Positions 1-9,205 of a DNA stretch of 32,000 nt are shown piece after piece (the first letter of the stretch is position 1; the number at the start of each line of letters is the position of its first letter). A program made the position numbers and the translations under genes. The DNA lies in contig NC_007614.1 of the NCBI RefSeq assembly GCF_000196355.1, positions 2,160,001 through 2,192,000 of the forward strand. The letters are read 5' to 3'. The notes below the pieces were generated by a model. It was given only the letters and a program-made list of their open reading frames with translations. It ran no database searches and was not told the DNA's origin. Source of the stretch: Nitrosospira multiformis ATCC 25196 (GTDB taxonomy: Bacteria; Pseudomonadota; Gammaproteobacteria; Burkholderiales; Nitrosomonadaceae).

Positions 1-4
1 GAAT

Positions 5-1147
5 TTATCTGGAGTTTTCTTCGTCCGCCGGTTGCATCACTGGCGTTTCCATTTCCAGTTGAGGCAGCTCGAGATCCACGGCCTCTATGCGGGCAAAGCG
101 TTGACTTATCTTCCGGCTTGAAACATGTACCTCTTCCACATCCTGATTGGCCTGGCGGATATGGTCTGCAAGTTTTTTCATGCGCTCGTCAAAGCGTGCA
201 AAATCCTTGCCCAGCCTGGACAGTTCGTTCTTGATGATGTGTACCTGCTCGCGCGTTTCGATATCCTTGAGCACCGCACGCGCGGTATTCAGTACCGCCA
301 TCAGGGTGGTAGGCGAAACTATCCAGACCTGCTTCTGCATGGCGTAATCGACTATGTCCGAATGATAGGCATGGATTTCGGCGAAAACGGCCTCCGCCGG
401 TACGAACATCACCGCTCCATCGCAGGTTTCCGGCGGCAGGATATATTTACCGGCAATGTCGTCCACATGTTTTTTCACGTCCGCCTTGAACTGCTTCTGC
501 GCCAGGGCACGGCTCGTGTCATCCGTATGACGATCGAACATGCGATGAAAATTTTCCAGCGGAAATTTTGAATCGACCGCGACCATGCCCGTTGGAGGCG
601 GTAGCTTCAGCACACAATCGGCGCGGCTGCTGTTGGAAAGCGTATGCTGCATTTCATATGCAGAGGGCGGCAGGATATTGCGAACCAGCGCTTCCAGTTG
701 CACTTCGCCAAACGCGCCGCGCGAGCGTTTGTCGCCCAGAAGTTCCTGCAGGCTCACCATATTGGTGGTCAGGCTGTCGATCTTCTTCTGGGCTTCATCG
801 ATCGTCGCAAGCCGCGTCATGACGCTGGTGAAAGTCTCATTGGTTTTCCTGAACCCTTCGTCGAGACGTTCAGCCACCCTCCCGCTGATCTGGTCCAGCC
901 GCGCTTCCACCGTTCCCCGCAGTTGATCGGAATTCCTGCCCAGGACCTCGGAAAGCCGGTTGCCCTGGTTCGACAGCCCTTCATGCAAATCCTTGAGCAT
1001 GTCGCGATGCTTGTCTTCCATCAGCCTTGCCTGCTGCCCCAGCAGTTCGCGCACCATGGTCGAAAGCATACCGAGCCGGATCACCAGATAGGCCATGGTG
1101 ACAAGCAAAATCGCGGCAGCAGTAATGATCAGCAGGTAGTCTGGCAT
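5..1147 (-). CDS. rmuC: DNA recombination protein RmuC
   Basis: 380-aa ORF with ATG at 1147 and TAA at 5-7. It has an N-terminal TM helix (LLIITAAAILLVTMAYLVI), a long coiled-coil, and a C-terminal RmuC-type core (GAFGEVQLE, DSKFPLE, MFVPAEAVF, VSPTTLMAVL), recognised from family knowledge. Confidence 0.85.
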   Translation of the reverse strand: MPDYLLIITAAAILLVTMAYLVIRLGMLSTMVRELLGQQARLMEDKHRDMLKDLHEGLSNQGNRLSEVLGRNSDQLRGTVEARLDQISGRVAERLDEGFRKTNETFTSVMTRLATIDEAQKKIDSLTTNMVSLQELLGDKRSRGAFGEVQLEALVRNILPPSAYEMQHTLSNSSRADCVLKLPPPTGMVAVDSKFPLENFHRMFDRHTDDTSRALAQKQFKADVKKHVDDIAGKYILPPETCDGAVMFVPAEAVFAEIHAYHSDIVDYAMQKQVWIVSPTTLMAVLNTARAVLKDIETREQVHIIKNELSRLGKDFARFDERMKKLADHIRQANQDVEEVHVSSRKISQRFARIEAVDLELPQLEMETPVMQPADEENSR

Positions 1148-1294
1148 TATTTTTTGAAGTATACCGGAGAATTGTCCAGAGAATGTCTTTACCTGCCTGC
1201 TTTTCCTGATTAGGAGAAAACCCGTCGGTTGCCTCGGAAAAGCGTTCCATCAAACAGCAGAGCGAAATCTGGAATCGGGAAATTACTCCGGAAG

Positions 1295-1750
1295 TTATCT
1301 TGCCCGGCCGGCTTGATACAATTCACTTTGCATCTGGAGCTTCCGCCATCTCTCCTGGCGCTGCTTGGAGCGCTCCTCGTAGCTGCTCAATCGCTGCTTG
1401 CTTTCATGGCTTTTCTCGGCCCGCTCCTTACGCGCCTTCCTGCCCGCCCGACGCCTGGTCTCGACGGATCTTTCCTGTCCCAAGGCATCTTTCGGTCTCA
1501 CCTCCTCCGAAGCCTCTTCCCAAGGGCGCGATTCTCTCGGATTCGGCTGCAAGGGTTTCGTCTCCAACGGGTTGGCGGCCCATGGACGCACTTCCCAAGG
1601 CTTTGGCTCGCTGCCTTCCTTCCCGCGCTGTGCCTGGGTTTTCTGAGTCCCGGGCTTTCCCCACGGATTATCGTCAGATGCCGCAACGGGCTGTACGATC
1701 AACATCGCAAAACCGAGCGGTGCCATCAACCGGGTAAAATGCATGTTCAT
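1295..1750 (-). CDS. hypothetical secreted protein (xPW repeats, very basic C-terminal tail)
   Basis: 151-aa ORF with AGGAGG about 8 nt upstream of ATG 1750 and a Sec-type signal (MAPLGFAMLIVQPVAA/SD). Preferred over the fully overlapping antisense ORF 1229-1777, whose product is R/L/P-rich and lacks an RBS. Confidence 0.55.
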   Translation of the reverse strand: MNMHFTRLMAPLGFAMLIVQPVAASDDNPWGKPGTQKTQAQRGKEGSEPKPWEVRPWAANPLETKPLQPNPRESRPWEEASEEVRPKDALGQERSVETRRRAGRKARKERAEKSHESKQRLSSYEERSKQRQERWRKLQMQSELYQAGRAR

Positions 1751-1792
1751 ATTCCATTACCTCCTTTCACAAGGTAACAATCCAATCATCGT

Positions 1793-2368
1793 TTATATCA
1801 GCCGCCCCTGTTGCGCAGGATAAAAAATTCTCACGCCCTCCGCCTGTGCCCATGGAGTCAGTGAATGCGGTTTTCGGCCGTGGTTATCGATGATGTCTTC
1901 CACCCGCACCCCCCGGACGACAAGCGCGTCCGCAATCAACGAACGATGGCATCGCCAGGGAACGGCCTCGGCGCACATCAATGCGCAGCGGTCATGGGCA
2001 GCAAGCTCGATAACCCGGTTCACATTTTCCACAAATTCCTGAGTTTGCATATAGTCCGCATAGCCACGGAAGGACGCATTGCGCCAGCCCTCATTGATCG
2101 AGTCCTTGCGGGCATGCCGAAGCCCGCCCAGGCCAGATAAATGAGTGTACTTGATGCCAATTGCCCCCAGAGCGTCCGGCAGGGTTTCCTTATTGAATTG
2201 AGGATTATGCCGCGAACGCGGTACCGTCCGTACATCGAGCAGGTGCGTAACTTCGTTTTTTTTCAACAGATTGATGAATTCTTCAAGGGGATGAGTCGAA
2301 TGTCCGATGGTGCATATAAGGAGCTCTGCACCGGTGACATCTTTCATGTTGTTCGTGGTGGCTTCCAT
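1793..2368 (-). CDS. DUF488 family protein
   Basis: 191-aa ORF with motifs I recognise from DUF488: LICTIGHS near the N-terminus, LLDVRTVPRSRHNPQF, and CAEAVPWRCHRSLIAD. The start is uncertain (ATG 2368 or ATG 2347). Confidence 0.75.
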   Translation of the reverse strand: MEATTNNMKDVTGAELLICTIGHSTHPLEEFINLLKKNEVTHLLDVRTVPRSRHNPQFNKETLPDALGAIGIKYTHLSGLGGLRHARKDSINEGWRNASFRGYADYMQTQEFVENVNRVIELAAHDRCALMCAEAVPWRCHRSLIADALVVRGVRVEDIIDNHGRKPHSLTPWAQAEGVRIFYPAQQGRLI

Positions 2369-2475
2369 AGGGCGCTAAAAATCCCCCTCTATAGTAGACC
2401 CCACCGGGAAGGTACGGTCTGGATTAAATCCGGCTGGTTAGGGTCTGTTGTGGGTGAATTAGCCGATACTGCTTG

Positions 2476-4239
2476 CTATCGCGATTGCCCTGCCATCGTC
2501 ATGGGCGAAAAAACACACCCGAAGCGGGAGGCGCCGAGTTTCACATCCGCCCGTGCCCACGCCTTATTGAAACGCTCTTCAACCAGCGCCGCCCGCTCGT
2601 TTTTGCCCTGGGCGCGCAGAGCCTGCAACAAGCCATAAAGTGCCCATCCATTATTGCGGTTGCGCCGCAGGTCTTCCCAGTAGACTGTCTCCGCTTCGGC
2701 GGGATGACCCGCTTCAAGCAATATGGCGCCGAGCGTCAACCGCGGGGGCGCCTGCCATTCGGGCGGTTCGGTGTAAGCCAGCGAATCCTCAAGACGAACT
2801 GCCTGTTCAAGATGTGCGATGGCGGAATTGAATTGTCCGCGCGCAGCAGCAATCTCACCGGCGAGGACCGCAGGACCGATGCGTAAAACCGAGCGCGCGG
2901 TGTTGACGGAAAGAAGGGGACCATCGAGCGAGTCATCCTTCATGATCTCCCGTAAAGCAGCCAGCTCTTGCTCAGCCTCGGACAACTGCCGCTTGGCGAC
3001 AAAGGCGAGGCCTCGGGCATAGTGCCATCCACCTTTCAGAAACGCATTGCTTGAGGGAGGCTCCGGTTCCTGAAGCATTTCGTCCCATTTTCCAAACCTT
3101 GTAAGTGCCCAATAAGGTACCACGCGGAATACTCCGGTCATGGGCATTTCTTTCAAAACCGCGTCGTCGATGGTGCTCGCGACCTTTCTTGCTGAGTCGA
3201 TCGCCAATTCGCTTTGGCCATCGGCGGTTGCAGCGGCCCCGAGGAAGTGAATATTGTGAGGAAAATAGGCCATCGCATAAAAGCCATGTTCATGCTGCCG
3301 GACGAGGTACCTCACATCGGCGGCGATTGCACGCTGATTGGCAATTATTGCATCTTCATAGCGGCCCACGCGCAGGTAGATGTGCGATGGCATATGTATC
3401 AGGTGCCCGGCATCGGGCATCAGTGTAAGCAGCGTATCTGCTGCCTGCGCAGCCCGCTCCGGCATGTTGGTCGGTTCCATGAGATGGATATACATGTGCG
3501 TCGCGCCCGGATGCCGGGGATTGCCTTGCAGCACGCCTTCGGTAACTGCGACGATTTCCCTTGTTCCTTCCATCGGATAGTCATCGCGCATCCAGTAACC
3601 CCACGGACTGGTATCCATTACGGATTCGACAAAAAGCATCGCGATATCCTGATCACCGGAAAAACGCCGATGTACCTCTCTCATAGCATTTGCATATGCC
3701 TTGTCGTTGGCCTTCCGATCTTCGGAATTGCCGGTGTACCGCTTTTCCAGAGCCCCGATCAGCGCGCGCTCCCTGTCAGACACGCCTGCCGCGAGAGAAG
3801 CAGCCTTTCTGACCAGTTCCAGCGCTGATACTTCGTTTTTTGCCTCCATGGGCGCGTTGATATTGGGGCCGAGCACGAGCGCCTGTCCCCAGTAAGCCAT
3901 CGCGAGAGCGGGGTCCAGCCGCGCCGCCTCCCTGAATGCACGCCCCGCCTCCGCATGATTGAATGCATAGGAGAGATTCAAGCCCTGGTTCATATACTGC
4001 TGCGCCAACTGGTTGCTGGTGCTGACGGGAAACGTATGCGCGCCGAGATTCAGCAGCCGGGGAGTTCCATAATCGGCAGGCATTCGCTCACCGGGTCGTT
4101 CCTGATGACGATGAGGGACGCGGTCTTCGATAGGGCCGCTGACCTCGGTGCTTTGCCCATTCTGGGCAAAAGCGCCGGAGGTTGTCCCGGTTAAGGACAT
4201 TATTACCAGGGCAATGAAATGAAGAACGTAGGCTTGCAT
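2476..4239 (-). CDS. secreted tetratricopeptide-repeat protein, function unknown
   Basis: 587-aa ORF with AAGGAGAG just upstream of ATG 4239 and a signal peptide (IALVIMSLTGTTSGAFA/QN). TPR-like A/L/Y-rich helical repeats occur throughout, for example AEAGRAFREAARLDPALAMAYWGQA and WALYGLLQALRAQGKNERA. Confidence 0.7.
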   Translation of the reverse strand: MQAYVLHFIALVIMSLTGTTSGAFAQNGQSTEVSGPIEDRVPHRHQERPGERMPADYGTPRLLNLGAHTFPVSTSNQLAQQYMNQGLNLSYAFNHAEAGRAFREAARLDPALAMAYWGQALVLGPNINAPMEAKNEVSALELVRKAASLAAGVSDRERALIGALEKRYTGNSEDRKANDKAYANAMREVHRRFSGDQDIAMLFVESVMDTSPWGYWMRDDYPMEGTREIVAVTEGVLQGNPRHPGATHMYIHLMEPTNMPERAAQAADTLLTLMPDAGHLIHMPSHIYLRVGRYEDAIIANQRAIAADVRYLVRQHEHGFYAMAYFPHNIHFLGAAATADGQSELAIDSARKVASTIDDAVLKEMPMTGVFRVVPYWALTRFGKWDEMLQEPEPPSSNAFLKGGWHYARGLAFVAKRQLSEAEQELAALREIMKDDSLDGPLLSVNTARSVLRIGPAVLAGEIAAARGQFNSAIAHLEQAVRLEDSLAYTEPPEWQAPPRLTLGAILLEAGHPAEAETVYWEDLRRNRNNGWALYGLLQALRAQGKNERAALVEERFNKAWARADVKLGASRFGCVFSPMTMAGQSR

Positions 4240-4454
4240 TGATCTCTCCTTGTTAGCCGGTTATCGCAGGTCCGGCTGCGTCTGATCGAACCCCGGAAAC
4301 CGTATATTGGTATTTTGTTTTGATATGCAGCAATAACGGGACAACAAACAACCCCAAACTCAAAAAGCATTGCAAACGAATATCAACGACATTGACGCCA
4401 ATTTTGCTGCCCCCAGCAAGGACCTTCCGCAGCCCTACGGATTTGCAACATGAC

Positions 4455-5240
4455 TCATAGCGGCAACTCGTGGGGCAACTCGTGGCGCAGTTCCGCCAGG
4501 CGAGCCAGGCAAAAATGAATGAAGGCCAGCCCTGTCAGCACAGCGGCGAACAGGTTTAAAATCGGCACGAATTGCACCAGACCCGCGAGCAGCCCCAAGC
4601 CCCACAACAGAGAGCGGTCCCTGGAAAATATAGCTCGCATTTCTTCCTGCGTGGCATGTTCCGCCAGCGCATCGTAGCGAAACAGGCGCTGATTCAGATA
4701 GGCGGCAGCAACAAACGGGATAACCACGCCTGCCCCCGCCAGCCATAATGGGAGGGTGATCAGCCAGATGGCAATGAAAATGGCAAGAGCAATCAGCGCA
4801 TTGAGCACACTGCCCGCGACCGTCCCGCCTTTTTCGCGTTTGAGTAGCGGATAGTCGCGACGTGCAACCAGACCGATCAGGGCAGGCATCGCGAACAAGG
4901 CGGTAATCACGAGTGCAGTCACAAAAACCAGCGGCACAAACAGAATCAGATGTGCCATCCCCTGGATTCCATAGGCGATCCACCTCGGTTCAACGCCTTC
5001 AAGCCAAGTCTGGATACCGATCGCCGTCAACACCTCGGCTATCCAGCCGGAGAAAGTCCCCCAGAAAGCCACGCCGAGCACCACCCACAGCAGACTTGCT
5101 GCGAGAATGGGCCAGACGATGATCCACAGCACCTGAAACTGAAACAAATCGCGAAACGCCCGCGATAACGCCTGAAATATCGCCTCCACAATCCCCCCTT
5201 CCAAATGCCGGAATTCGGCCATGAACGAGAGAATTGGCAT
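4455..5240 (-). CDS. EI24/CysZ-like integral membrane protein
   Basis: 261-aa ORF with about 6 hydrophobic helices. The pattern resembles the EI24/DUF540 family (FVPLVFV, YLNQRLFRYDAL, VPILNLFAAVLTGLAF). Family call is from memory only. Confidence 0.6.
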   Translation of the reverse strand: MPILSFMAEFRHLEGGIVEAIFQALSRAFRDLFQFQVLWIIVWPILAASLLWVVLGVAFWGTFSGWIAEVLTAIGIQTWLEGVEPRWIAYGIQGMAHLILFVPLVFVTALVITALFAMPALIGLVARRDYPLLKREKGGTVAGSVLNALIALAIFIAIWLITLPLWLAGAGVVIPFVAAAYLNQRLFRYDALAEHATQEEMRAIFSRDRSLLWGLGLLAGLVQFVPILNLFAAVLTGLAFIHFCLARLAELRHELPHELPL

Positions 5241-5380
5241 TATGCAACCTGCCGAATTGGCTGTGACGCAACTTCTCCCGCACTTCTCACCTCAGATCAA
5301 AAATAATGACGATCTCATGGCAAGCGCCGAGTGATTACATGCTTGCCCCATCCCGCCGGGCACACACTCTAATTGATTTA

Positions 5381-5399
5381 TAGTTGAAAAGTTCAACTA
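5381..5399. promoter_or_regulatory. perfect 19-nt inverted repeat TAGTTGAA-AAG-TTCAACTA (candidate operator)
   Basis: Read directly from the sequence. It lies in the 5241-5492 intergenic region, about 140 nt upstream of the EI24-like start and about 95 nt downstream of the stop of the 5493 gene. There is no adjacent U-tract, so it is not a classic terminator. Confidence 0.3.
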
Positions 5400-5492
5400 T
5401 GGCTGGAATGACGCCATGTAGCATGATAGCCGGAACAATACGCAGCAGAAGCAGCGGAAGGAAGGGAGACTAAAAGCTTTCTGCTGCTTCGA

Positions 5493-6083
5493 CTATTCGA
5501 TTCCGCCCTCGCATCGAGGATCCCACTCATACGCAAACGCGTTATACCACGTGCCATGTTCCCAAATTTCACCACATATCTCGCCGCAGATTTTTCGTTC
5601 GAATCCGCACATGCCTCCCAGCCGGAAATGTGCCGTATAAGCACCTGCCGCGTCGCCCCCCTTCAGTTCGATAACCACCCGGCCATTCTGCTCGGAGACA
5701 TGCAGCGAACGGGTGTTGGTGAGATCCCTATAGAATTTCTCCGGGATGTGGAATCGCTGCCCATCGATGAAAACAAGAAAAGTTTCAGTTACGAACCGGG
5801 GCACACCGCTATCCATTCCCCACATGCCACCGTCGGTTTCACGGCACTCACCGCTTTTACACTTGCGCTCATGGAAAATCACCCCTACCTTTTTGCCAGA
5901 GGGAAGCGCATGGTTTTTTTCGTGCTGAAAGGGCAGCGCTTCCTTTTGCGCAAGCACCGTGTCGGATGTAAAAAAGGATAGACCGATCAACGCAACGGAG
6001 AAGAGGGTAAAGCGCAAGCCGCTTCGTTTCAAGGGGTTCAACATCGTCGGATTGATGCATGGAGCATTACTGCCGCCTGCCAC
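5493..6083 (-). CDS. hypothetical Cys-rich secreted protein
   Basis: 196-aa ORF. GTG 6083 is preceded by GGGGGAGG; the alternative ATG 6044 (MLNPLKRSGLRF...) has no SD. It has a signal-like h-region (FTLFSVALIGLSFF) and Cys clusters (CKSGEC, CGFERKICGEICGEIW, PRCEG). I recognise no family. Confidence 0.5.
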   Translation of the reverse strand: MAGGSNAPCINPTMLNPLKRSGLRFTLFSVALIGLSFFTSDTVLAQKEALPFQHEKNHALPSGKKVGVIFHERKCKSGECRETDGGMWGMDSGVPRFVTETFLVFIDGQRFHIPEKFYRDLTNTRSLHVSEQNGRVVIELKGGDAAGAYTAHFRLGGMCGFERKICGEICGEIWEHGTWYNAFAYEWDPRCEGGIE

Positions 6084-6097
6084 GGTCCTCCCCCTGC

Positions 6098-6490
6098 TTA
6101 CTCGATTTCAATGAATATTTTCTGGGTCTCGGCTGCTGCTTTCATTTTCTGGAACAGGCGATCGAAAGCAACTCTGCTTTGTCCGATGAAATTGACACCT
6201 TTGGTATCGCCCACCAATATGCACCCTTCTGTATTCGCCGAGATATTGCCGGGATGTATCCTGACGCCTTCAAAACTTGGCACGTTCAAAAGGAGCGGAA
6301 GGGTTTTTTGAAACCTTTGGGAAAAATTGATGACAACCTCGTATTGCCCCGCGAAAATCGCGGTCTTGCCCTTGATCTTCACCGGCCTCACCTTGTCTTC
6401 CAGCGTGTAGCACTCGAACTCCCCATCGACTGACAATTCGCCTATCGTGCTGTCATCGGAAAATTCCAGTCTTTTTACACGCAGATCCAT
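6098..6490 (-). CDS. DUF5675-like small protein (phage/bacterial family, unknown function)
   Basis: 130-aa ORF with AAGGAG upstream of ATG 6490 and no signal peptide. The pattern STIGEL..G.F.CYTLED...G.YEV....S.RF....PLLLNVP.FEG.RIH.GN....TEGCILVG matches what I remember of DUF5675. Confidence 0.6.
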   Translation of the reverse strand: MDLRVKRLEFSDDSTIGELSVDGEFECYTLEDKVRPVKIKGKTAIFAGQYEVVINFSQRFQKTLPLLLNVPSFEGVRIHPGNISANTEGCILVGDTKGVNFIGQSRVAFDRLFQKMKAAAETQKIFIEIE

Positions 6491-6600
6491 TTCGCTTCTC
6501 CTTCATATTTATACTTATATCGAAAGGATAGCCGATGTGGAGGACTTGGCCCGGCAAATAAGGCGAGCCATGACTCCCATCCCGTCAGTCCATGACGCAC

Positions 6601-7995
6601 TCAGAGAGTGGATAGACCCGTTGCCCTCCGCCAGGTAGTGCCATGAGGTCCGTCTTCCAGAATGATGTTGGCCTCCATCAATTCCTTGCGAATGCGATCG
6701 GCCTCGCGATAATCCTTGTTGGCGCGTGCAACCAGCCGCTGTTGAATCAATTGCTCCACCTTTTCGGGCGCAAATGCCGGATCTTCGGAATCCGCCTGCT
6801 GGAAATATTTCCAGGGGTCCTGCTGGAGCAATCCCAGCACCCCGCCCAGCGCTTTCATCAAGGCAATATCCCTGGGTAGTCGGGTTTTATTGACTTCGGT
6901 AGCGAGGTCGAAAAGCACGGCAAGAGCCTCCGGGGTGTTGAAGTCATCGTTCATCGCTTCCCGGAAACGCGATGCATAGGGGTCATCCCAGTCTATCTCG
7001 ACTTCGTCGTGGACTTCGATTCCCTTGAGCGCGGTATACAGTCGATCGAGAGCTCGCCCGGCGTCTTCCAGTTGCATGTCTGCATAGTTAAGCGGGCTGC
7101 GGTAATGCGCGCGCAGGATAAAAAAACGTACCACCTCCGGCTGAAAGTGGGCAAGGATTTCGCGGACGGTAAAAAAATTGCCGAGCGACTTGGACATCTT
7201 CTCGTCATTGACTCGCACGAAACCATTGTGCATCCAGTAGTTGACAAAAGGATGCCCGTGCGCCCCCTCGCTTTGTGCAATTTCATTTTCATGATGGGGA
7301 AACTGTAAGTCCTGCCCACCGCCATGGATGTCGAAGTGCTCCCCCAGATAGTGCTCGCCCATGGCCGAGCACTCGATATGCCAGCCGGGCCGCCCCGGTC
7401 CCCACGGGGAATCCCACTGGGGCTCGCCGGGCTTTGCCGCTTTCCACAGCACAAAATCCAGCGGATCGTTTTTATGCGGATCGACAATTACCCGTTCCCC
7501 TGCCCGCAACTCGTCAAGGGATTTCCCGGAAAGCTTTCCATAACCGGGAAACCGGTGAACCGCATAATATACGTCGCCGTTGGAAGCGGGATAAGCCAGC
7601 TTTTTATCCACCAGAACCTGGATCATGGCAATCATGTCTTCCACATGGCGCGTGGCACGCGGTTCCCATGAAGGCGGCTCCACCCCAAGCGCTGCGGCAT
7701 CCTCTTCCATCGCCTGGATAAAACGCGCCGTCAGCGCTTCAATGGATTCCTTATTTTCCTGCGCCCGCCTGATAATTTTGTCATCAATATCGGTAATATT
7801 ACGTACATATGTCACATCAAAACGGTTGGCGCGAAACCAGCGCTGCACCATATCGAATACCACCATCACGCGCGCATGGCCGAGATGGCAGTAATCGTAG
7901 ACGGTCATTCCGCATACATATACTTTGACCTTGCCCGGCGTTAGCGGGATAAACTCCTGTTTTTCTCTGGCAAGAGAATTATGAATTTTAAGCAT
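6601..7995 (-). CDS. cysS: cysteine--tRNA ligase
   Basis: Class I aaRS signatures HLGH (CHLGHARV) and KMSKS, with a typical CysRS N-terminus [15 protein letters not shown] at ATG 7995. The ORF track extends to 8055, but the extra 20 aa are not CysRS-like. Confidence 0.95.
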
Positions 7996-8083
7996 CTGGG
8001 GAAGATTTTGAATTGAACAGGCTTCTTGGTAGAATCTTGCGGACGCTGAGGGCACTACTTACAGGACGGAGAAGTATAGCACA

Positions 8084-9205
8084 ATGAAAACGCTGGATTT
8101 TCGCCGGGCGGGTGCGCACATTGCCTTGGTCGTGCTGTTCGCTGTTTGTCCGGTTGCGTTTGCTGATGAAAACGATGAAGTTGCCAAACTCTACCAGCAG
8201 GGCAATCTGGACAAGGCACTGGAACAGGCAAATGCGTACCTCGCGCTCAAGCCAAAGGATCCGCAGATGCGGTTTCACAAGGGGTTGATACTGACCGAGC
8301 AGCAGAAAATCCCTGATGCGATCAAGGTCTTTTCTTCACTGTCGGAAGATTACCCCAACCTGCCCGAGCCGTATAATAACCTGGCGGTACTCTATGCCAG
8401 CCAGGGCCTGTATGAAAAGGCGAGGGGAGCGCTGGAGGCCGCTATACGCACTCACCCCAGCTACTCCATTGCGCATGAGAACCTGGGTGATATCTATGCA
8501 AAACTGGCCAGCGAGGCTTACGGCAAGGCCTTGCAACTGGACCAGGGCAACGCCGCGGCCCAGACCAAGCTTGCAATGATCAAGGATTTATTCATCGGCA
8601 AATCCGGCGCGATAAAAACTGCATCCGCTGCCACTGCGCCGGCACCGCCTGCTTCAGCCGCCCCCCGCTCCCCTGCGGCCACTACGCCATCTCCTCCCCG
8701 ATCCGCTGCTCCCGCAACCCCGCCTGCTTCCGTCCACCCCGCGCCCGGTAAAGCCCCGCAAAAATCAGCGGAAAAAAAAACTGAAAAGGCGGAAAAATCA
8801 GCACCGGGAAAGATAGCCGCGGTTGAAACACATTCACCAGAAAAGAAAACCGATGTTCCGGACGAATCCGACGAAATCATCAAAACTGTCAATGCGTGGG
8901 CCAGGGCATGGTCCGACAAGAACGTGACGGCATACTTCGCATTCTACGCGGCTGACTTTCAAACTCCTCGTGGCGTCAAGCGCACAACATGGGAAAAAAC
9001 GCGACGCGACCGCATCATCAAGCCAAAAGCCATCCAGGTGGAGATCACTCACCCCAAGGTAACTTTAATCAATCCAGCACGCGCGAGGGTAAGCTTCAGG
9101 CAACTCTATCACTCCGACGCATTCAAACACGATTCGTCCAAAACACTTGAGATGGTTAAAACGGACGGGAAGTGGCAGATCCGACAGGAGCGCTCCGCGA
9201 AATGA
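8084..9205 (+). CDS. TPR protein with Pro/Ala-rich linker and C-terminal Cds6/NTF2-like domain
   Basis: 373-aa ORF with a GGAGAAG RBS and signal peptide (ALVVLFAVCPVAFA/DE). It has N-terminal TPRs, a low-complexity APAPPASAAPRSP... linker, and a C-terminal domain (WARAWSDKNVTAYFAFYAADF...GKWQI) that recurs in the next gene. Confidence 0.8.
   Translation: MKTLDFRRAGAHIALVVLFAVCPVAFADENDEVAKLYQQGNLDKALEQANAYLALKPKDPQMRFHKGLILTEQQKIPDAIKVFSSLSEDYPNLPEPYNNLAVLYASQGLYEKARGALEAAIRTHPSYSIAHENLGDIYAKLASEAYGKALQLDQGNAAAQTKLAMIKDLFIGKSGAIKTASAATAPAPPASAAPRSPAATTPSPPRSAAPATPPASVHPAPGKAPQKSAEKKTEKAEKSAPGKIAAVETHSPEKKTDVPDESDEIIKTVNAWARAWSDKNVTAYFAFYAADFQTPRGVKRTTWEKTRRDRIIKPKAIQVEITHPKVTLINPARARVSFRQLYHSDAFKHDSSKTLEMVKTDGKWQIRQERSAK

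Noticed and set aside
644-1213. 189-aa plus-strand ORF antisense to rmuC (with smaller ones at 125-571, 568-822 and 585-926)
   Set aside because: These are antisense shadows of a confidently identified RmuC gene, with junk-like composition.
1229-1777. 182-aa plus-strand ORF fully overlapping the 1295-1750 minus-strand gene
   Set aside because: Its product is R/L/P-rich with no RBS or recognisable features. The minus-strand frame has an AGGAGG RBS and a clean signal peptide.
4435-4983. 182-aa minus-strand ORF in another frame of the EI24-like gene
   Set aside because: It is Arg/Cys/Gly-rich and non-protein-like. The 4455-5240 frame gives coherent TM helices.
7996-8055. N-terminal 20-aa extension of cysS suggested by the ORF track
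   Set aside because: The extension ([20 protein letters not shown]) is not CysRS-like. MLKIHNSL at 7995 matches the conserved CysRS N-terminus.
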